Assembly (NCBI RefSeq): GCF_963853765.1 | Contig: NC_088856.1 | Location: 6,758,001-6,822,000, forward strand | Reading direction: 5' to 3' | Length of the DNA stretch: 64,000 nt | Origin: Magallana gigas | Taxonomy: Eukaryota | In this document: in pieces, positions 58,618-64,000 of the stretch | Numbering within the stretch: position 1 is the first letter of the stretch | Layout: each line of letters starts with the position of its first letter | Notes under the pieces: model-generated | Database searches by the model: none | Told to the model about the DNA's origin: nothing | Seen by the model: the letters and a program-made list of their open reading frames with translations, nothing else | Program-made: the position numbers and the translations under genes

Positions 58618-59482
58618 GTAAGATTGTAATGTTTACGTGTTTTGTGAATTTTCATGTTTTACTAACGATATTTCTTTGACGTTTTTTCTCTTAATATCTC
58701 ACAGCAATTTATTTGATAAAACTATTTGCACAACTTCCACGAAAGGTGCAGGAAATTTCTACTTGTAAAACTTGTGATGGAAGATGTGACGTCACATTTA
58801 CTTTACGGCCTCATTAATGTGACAGCAACGGGGGTCTTTTCAGAAATGATAGTTCTGAAAAGTGGGATATTCTGTTCATGCCATCCGAAAAGTTTCTCTG
58901 ATCAGATCTGTAATAACAGCGATTTGTACATCTGGGTTTTTTTTATATGCAGAGGTATTATAGATCTTTAAACCTCACAAAGGAATATATTCTGATATTA
59001 CACACACCCCTCAAAATCCACCCCTCATTAAACTCATTGTGTGTATTATCACACTGATAGCTTTGAAAATTGTTCATTTTCATAACGTTTTATTTTTTAG
59101 GCTACGTAAATTAATGCATGCAGTATAGCTAAAGTATTAAAATTTCAGACTGGGAGCTACAGACCTGCAGCTAGATATAGTCAAACCATGTTATCCAGAA
59201 GTTGAAAGGACTTTAAACAAGATATTGAGAAATGGTGGCTTCTATTTCACTTCAATGTATCCCAGGATTTTAATAAACCAAAATATAATTAACTAAATTT
59301 GATGAATAATTGGTCTGTGTATTTTAAAATCTCCATAAATAATAAAAATGCAAAGGATTAAGTCACAATAAGTTATATCTAAATTTATGTGTCTATTTAT
59401 AACAAAATGAAAAATGTTAAAATAGTTATTGTTTTTCTTTATAGAGCCTTGGAAGTAAGAAAATGAAGAAATAGTGTAAATC

Positions 59483-62400
59483 ATGGCTTACAACCTCCCT
59501 GACAGCATGAACATTGGCATCTACACGGGGCAGCCCTTGCCACAGAACATCATGATAGCCCAGCACAACCCTCCAGGCCCCTCCCAGGCCCATGGGCTTG
59601 TTACACGGCCCAGCACTGCCACCACCTCTCACTACTCCCACACCAACACCCCGGGCTACATCATGGTCCCCACCAACAGCCTACCCCCTACCACTCTCAA
59701 GTCCAGCACTACCAGCTCAGAGACCAAACTCATGAAGCCGCAGATACTGGAGAAAATGAGGGCACTCAGGGATCGTGGCAAATACTGTGACGTGGCCATA
59801 GATGTGAAGGGAGTGCGGTTTCATGCTCACCGAAATATTTTGGCGGCTTGGAGTCCTTACTTTGATTGTCAGCTATTGAGTGAGAATCATGTGATGCGGG
59901 ACTTGTTGATTGTGAACTATGACAGCTATGAGGTGTTCTCAGACTTGCTGGACTTCCTCTACTCAGGGACCATTGCCCCCAGAGAGACCAATTTTCTCCA
60001 GCTTCTTCATTTAGCCGTCAGCTTTCAGATTGATCTCTTGAAACATTACTGTGAGGAATTCTTAAGGAGCAACCTCCATCTTGGAAATTTCCTTAGCACG
60101 TACTTTTTGTCACGAAAGTATAACCTGAAATCGCTGGAAGAGTTTATTGTGAGTTTTATTCAAGCTAACCTGTCTGATGTTGTCAAACAGATTGAATTCC
60201 TGACTTTACCTGCAGATCGTTTTAACGCCATCTTATCCAAAGGGTACATGGTGGACCTGAAGCCAGAAATCAAACTCTTCCTCATCATTAGCTGGGTAGG
60301 GTACGAAGTTCGGGACCGTGAATGCTTCCTTATTCAGCTCTTAAGACATATTGACTGGTCCATTGTGGCAAGTGATTTTCTGCTGGAAATCAGTAGAACA
60401 GAGAACTTTTTCACCACTCATGAATCCAGTCTGTATCTTTTGTTACAGACCCTGTTTAGTTCGGGGATTTCCCTTGGTCCGTACGCTGATCATTTCCCTA
60501 GCCTTCGCCAAACATACTCCCACATGCTCAACGACATTGTGAAAGCAGGACTGATTGACGCATATGAAGAAGAATTCTATCCTGTGACTGCCTCTGGAGT
60601 TTGTACAAAGTTTTTGAGGTCTGATGCCTGTGTTGGCACAGATAATTACTATCACACTACAACAGAAGTTGAAAAGACTTGGGAGGAACTGCGCAGTGTT
60701 GTGTTTAGCCCACCTACCCAACAAACAAGTGTCTATGAAAGACAAATCAATGATGTGGAAAAAGAAAACAAACTGTTTTATCAAAGTTCAAAGCAACAGA
60801 GCAATCAGACTGAAAATCGGCATGTAGAGGAAGAAACCAAATCCAGTAAACGAAAAGGAAAACCAAGAAAAATGGTCCTTGCAGAAACTCCAGAAAAAGT
60901 ACATAGTCGGGAACTAAGTGAAAGTTATAATCCAACAAAACACCAAAGAACTGTGCATTTGGAAGAGAAAAAAAGGAATGAAAGTCCACCGAAGAAAAGG
61001 CAAAGACAGGCAGGGAAAGGAAGAGGGAGGCGATCCGTGAAATGTGAGCCAGAGAGTCCTCCAGAAATTGAAGATGCTGCAGTGGAAGAGGATGATGAAG
61101 AAATGATTCCAAGAGTGCAGAAGAAAAGCAAGAATGAAGAAAATGTAGATGATGATGACAGTGTTAATGATGATGTTGAAGAGAGAGAGACAGAGGAAGA
61201 TGAGGAGGAAAAGAATAATGAAGATGATGAGTTTGAGGAAGAAGGATATTATGACAACGAAGACATGGAAGAGGATGAGGGGGATGAAAAGGACATTCTA
61301 GACAGATCAGAGAGAGACTTTGAAGGTGAAGATTTGCATGATGATTCAGAGGAAGAGGATTGGGTCCCGGAGGAAGGTGTCAAAAAAGAAGCAAAATTGA
61401 AAGGTATCCGAAGGTCCAGCCGACCGCCAAAACCTTCCAGGCTTGTCCAAAAAAAGAAGAGAGCAAAGCTGACACTAAATACATGTAGTAGCAAGAAAAC
61501 AAACAACAAAGAAGTTTTCCCATGCAGCTTATGTGAATACGAGACTAATACCCAGAATAGACTTGATACTCATATGAAACGAATTCACGAGTGCCATATG
61601 ACATACAAATGCATGATGTGTGACTACTCCACAAAATGGAATAAGGCATTCTCGGAGCATCTAAAGGAGGAACATTTCAAGGGGCCTCCATTTAGGTGTA
61701 GTGAGTGTGACTTTACCGGGAAGAAACTCCATGTGCTGATGTCACATCGCACTAAGCACGGGGAGGACCGTCCTCACGCCTGTGATTTCTGTGACCAGCG
61801 ATTCAAAACAAGAAACAACGCCCTGGCCCATATCAAAATACACTCGGGTAAATCAATGTTATCTGGCTTCTTTATTTAATCAAAAATAGATTATTGAAAT
61901 TTTGTGGCCTTGTAATTGACATTTTAAATTTGAAACACATGCTTTTGAAATTGTCGACACCTTATCTACAGTAAAAATATTTGACAATCAGCTATTATTT
62001 ATTTTGATCATTTCATATGTATAGGGCTTCGACCTTTTGAGTGTGACATTTGTAAGCGTACGTTTGCCACCAAGAACACGATGGAGCAGCACATAGTGAC
62101 CCACAGCAGTGACCGTCCGTACCTGTGTGACGAGTGTGGATTCTCCTCCAAGTTCCAGTCTCACCTTATCTCTCACAAACGGATACACACAGGTATTAAT
62201 TATAGAGATACCTATAGCTGCTCTTATACTACAAACCAGGTATTGTAGGCGTATGATAGATATCTGTGGTATCGTCCACAAAGGATACACACTATTATAC
62301 TTACTGTCTGCAATATTTCTGACAATATGATACACATTGTGACACAGGTAAATTAACGTATAGGTACCTATAGCTGCTGTTATATGGCAAACCAAGTACC

Positions 62401-63506
62401 ATATTTGTGTGATAAATGTCATCAAGATTTGCTAGTGGTCATGTTCATGTGTTTCACTTTGCATTCATGCAAGTGTTAGAATTTTCATCACATAAGTGTG
62501 AAGGAACTAATCATAATATGGCATGAATTATTCACAATACTCAGAAAACATAATATGATCATGGCCCTGGGTCATATCAATGACGTGGAAGACTTTTGAT
62601 GGGTTTCTGGTATTGCTTTTCAAGGAAAAACTCAACTTGAAGTTTTTGAACTCTTTTATGTTACAACATCATATACAGAATTGCATTACAAAAGAATCTT
62701 AAATGATAAAACATGATTTTAATTATTTTTTTTTGTCAGGTGATCTGTTTGCATGCAGCTATCCTCAGTGTCCATACAAAACACCAAAGAAAAGCCAATT
62801 AAAATGTCACATGAAAAGTCACCTGAACATTCGCCAGCATATCTGTCTGACTTGTAACAAGGCCTTTATTGAGAAAAGCCATCTGGTACGGCACCAGAAA
62901 ATTCATTTAAACGAAAAACCATACAAGTGTCAGGAGTGTAACTACCAGACAACTCGACCAGACAAAATGAAAGAGCACTTTGCAAGGCATCACGGCCCGG
63001 ACGCTTCTGTGAAGACTCCGTATAAACAGAGGAAGCCACGGGCCCAAAGCCGGAAAGTGAAACAGACACCGCCTTCATTTCCCCATTTTGATCATGCTTC
63101 ATACACGATACCCCCGAACCACCTCCAGAGTGACCATGAAGCATATACACTGCAAGAGAAAGAAAGACCGTCAGATTTCAATTCTTTTATTCAAGACATT
63201 CGCATGCACCTTTCTGTGGAAAACAGCAATAGCGGAAATATGGAGAGCATGACAATAGTTAACGTGCCAATCATGGCGGATCAGATGGTGGACTCCGCAG
63301 TAGGAGACAATAGACTGGCCATTGCTGATGCTGCACAGAACTCGGCGGCCACTTCTACAACAATGGCCATCATTCAGGATGAGCACCAGGCTTTTGTTGC
63401 GCAGCAGAACATGCAACAAAATAATGCAGCTTTGCAGCAGAACATAGGGCAGGGGGGACAAAACCAGGACTACGGGGGGCTGGGGGCATTCATGACTCTG
63501 TTTTGA
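59483..63506 (+). CDS. BTB/POZ, BACK-like, acidic region, 9 C2H2 zinc fingers (about 1099 aa)
   Basis: Exons 59483-61847, 62025-62192 and 62740-63506 (phase-1 introns). BTB motif [31 protein letters not shown]-like [33 protein letters not shown]...FLTLP, and nine CxxC...HxxxH fingers. Confidence 0.92.
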
Positions 63507-64000
63507 GACTGTATATTCTCCGTATTGTTGTTTTACCACTTAAATACTAGTCTTACTGTTGATATTTAATGTTAAACATTTTACCATTCTGAGTTTTTGT
63601 GGATATATTTCACCCGAGACATGTTTGTTATATTGTCATTGTGTAATCATGGTTGTATATTTATGCATGAGAGAGAACAAATAATGAAATATTAAAAAAA
63701 ATATTACACCAATATTTGTTTAATGTGTCTGACTTGGGTTAACCTGAAGACCAGTGAATTGATTATGAAGTACCAAAGTGAGGATAAATATAACTGAAAT
63801 GTCATTGTTTAATTTCTGCGCTTTAAAGTAAAGTAAAGTAAAAAAAAATCTGTTAGTAATATTTTGTAAAATATATAAAACTCTTCAGATAATGACCAAA
63901 AATAAATTATGTGCATGCACGCCTCATAACAATAATGCTACAGCACAGAGATCGTGCAGGAATGTTGAGAAATAAAACAAATTAGAAAAGTACCAAGTAT

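Noticed and set aside
9329-63506. Ubiquitin/glycoprotein quality-control gene cluster (FBA, RING, PPxY, BTB)
   Set aside because: These domains are very common, and nothing in the sequence shows co-regulation or conserved synteny.

Overview
AT-rich, intron-rich animal genomic DNA. The repeat families and gene types suggest a bivalve, probably an oyster (inference only). Five protein-coding loci can be built by hand with canonical GT-AG junctions and consistent phases. (1) An orphan repeat protein, exons 4405-4510 and 5242-6401, 5'-incomplete. (2) A 29-exon gene of at least 1430 aa (9329-30468, 5'-incomplete) with the domain order malectin-like, FBA/Fbs-type glycan-binding, DUF4062, NACHT-like STAND NTPase, TPR. 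This is the strongest candidate for an undescribed system: a putative cytosolic glycan-sensing NLR-like protein. (3) A minus-strand RING-HC protein (36680-39010). (4) A signal peptide-CUB-like-TM-PPxY membrane protein (48348-54685). (5) A BTB-(BACK-like)-9xC2H2 zinc-finger protein (59483-63506). The second main signal is that tandem repeats in gene 2 repeatedly start at exon-intron junctions and amplify the splice site itself. Two of these arrays are in frame and stop-free. Mobile DNA includes a rearranged 3.7-kb palindromic Academ element with a 3-bp TSD and a template-switch scar, nested in a TTAA-type element that carries a tRNA-like cassette. There is also a Foldback/MULE-like element (9-bp TSD), a hAT MITE (8-bp TSD), several TA-TSD MITEs, Helentron-type non-autonomous elements, and three elements with a one-ended hairpin. 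One 135-bp N gap is present. No database searches were possible, so all family assignments come from motif recognition.
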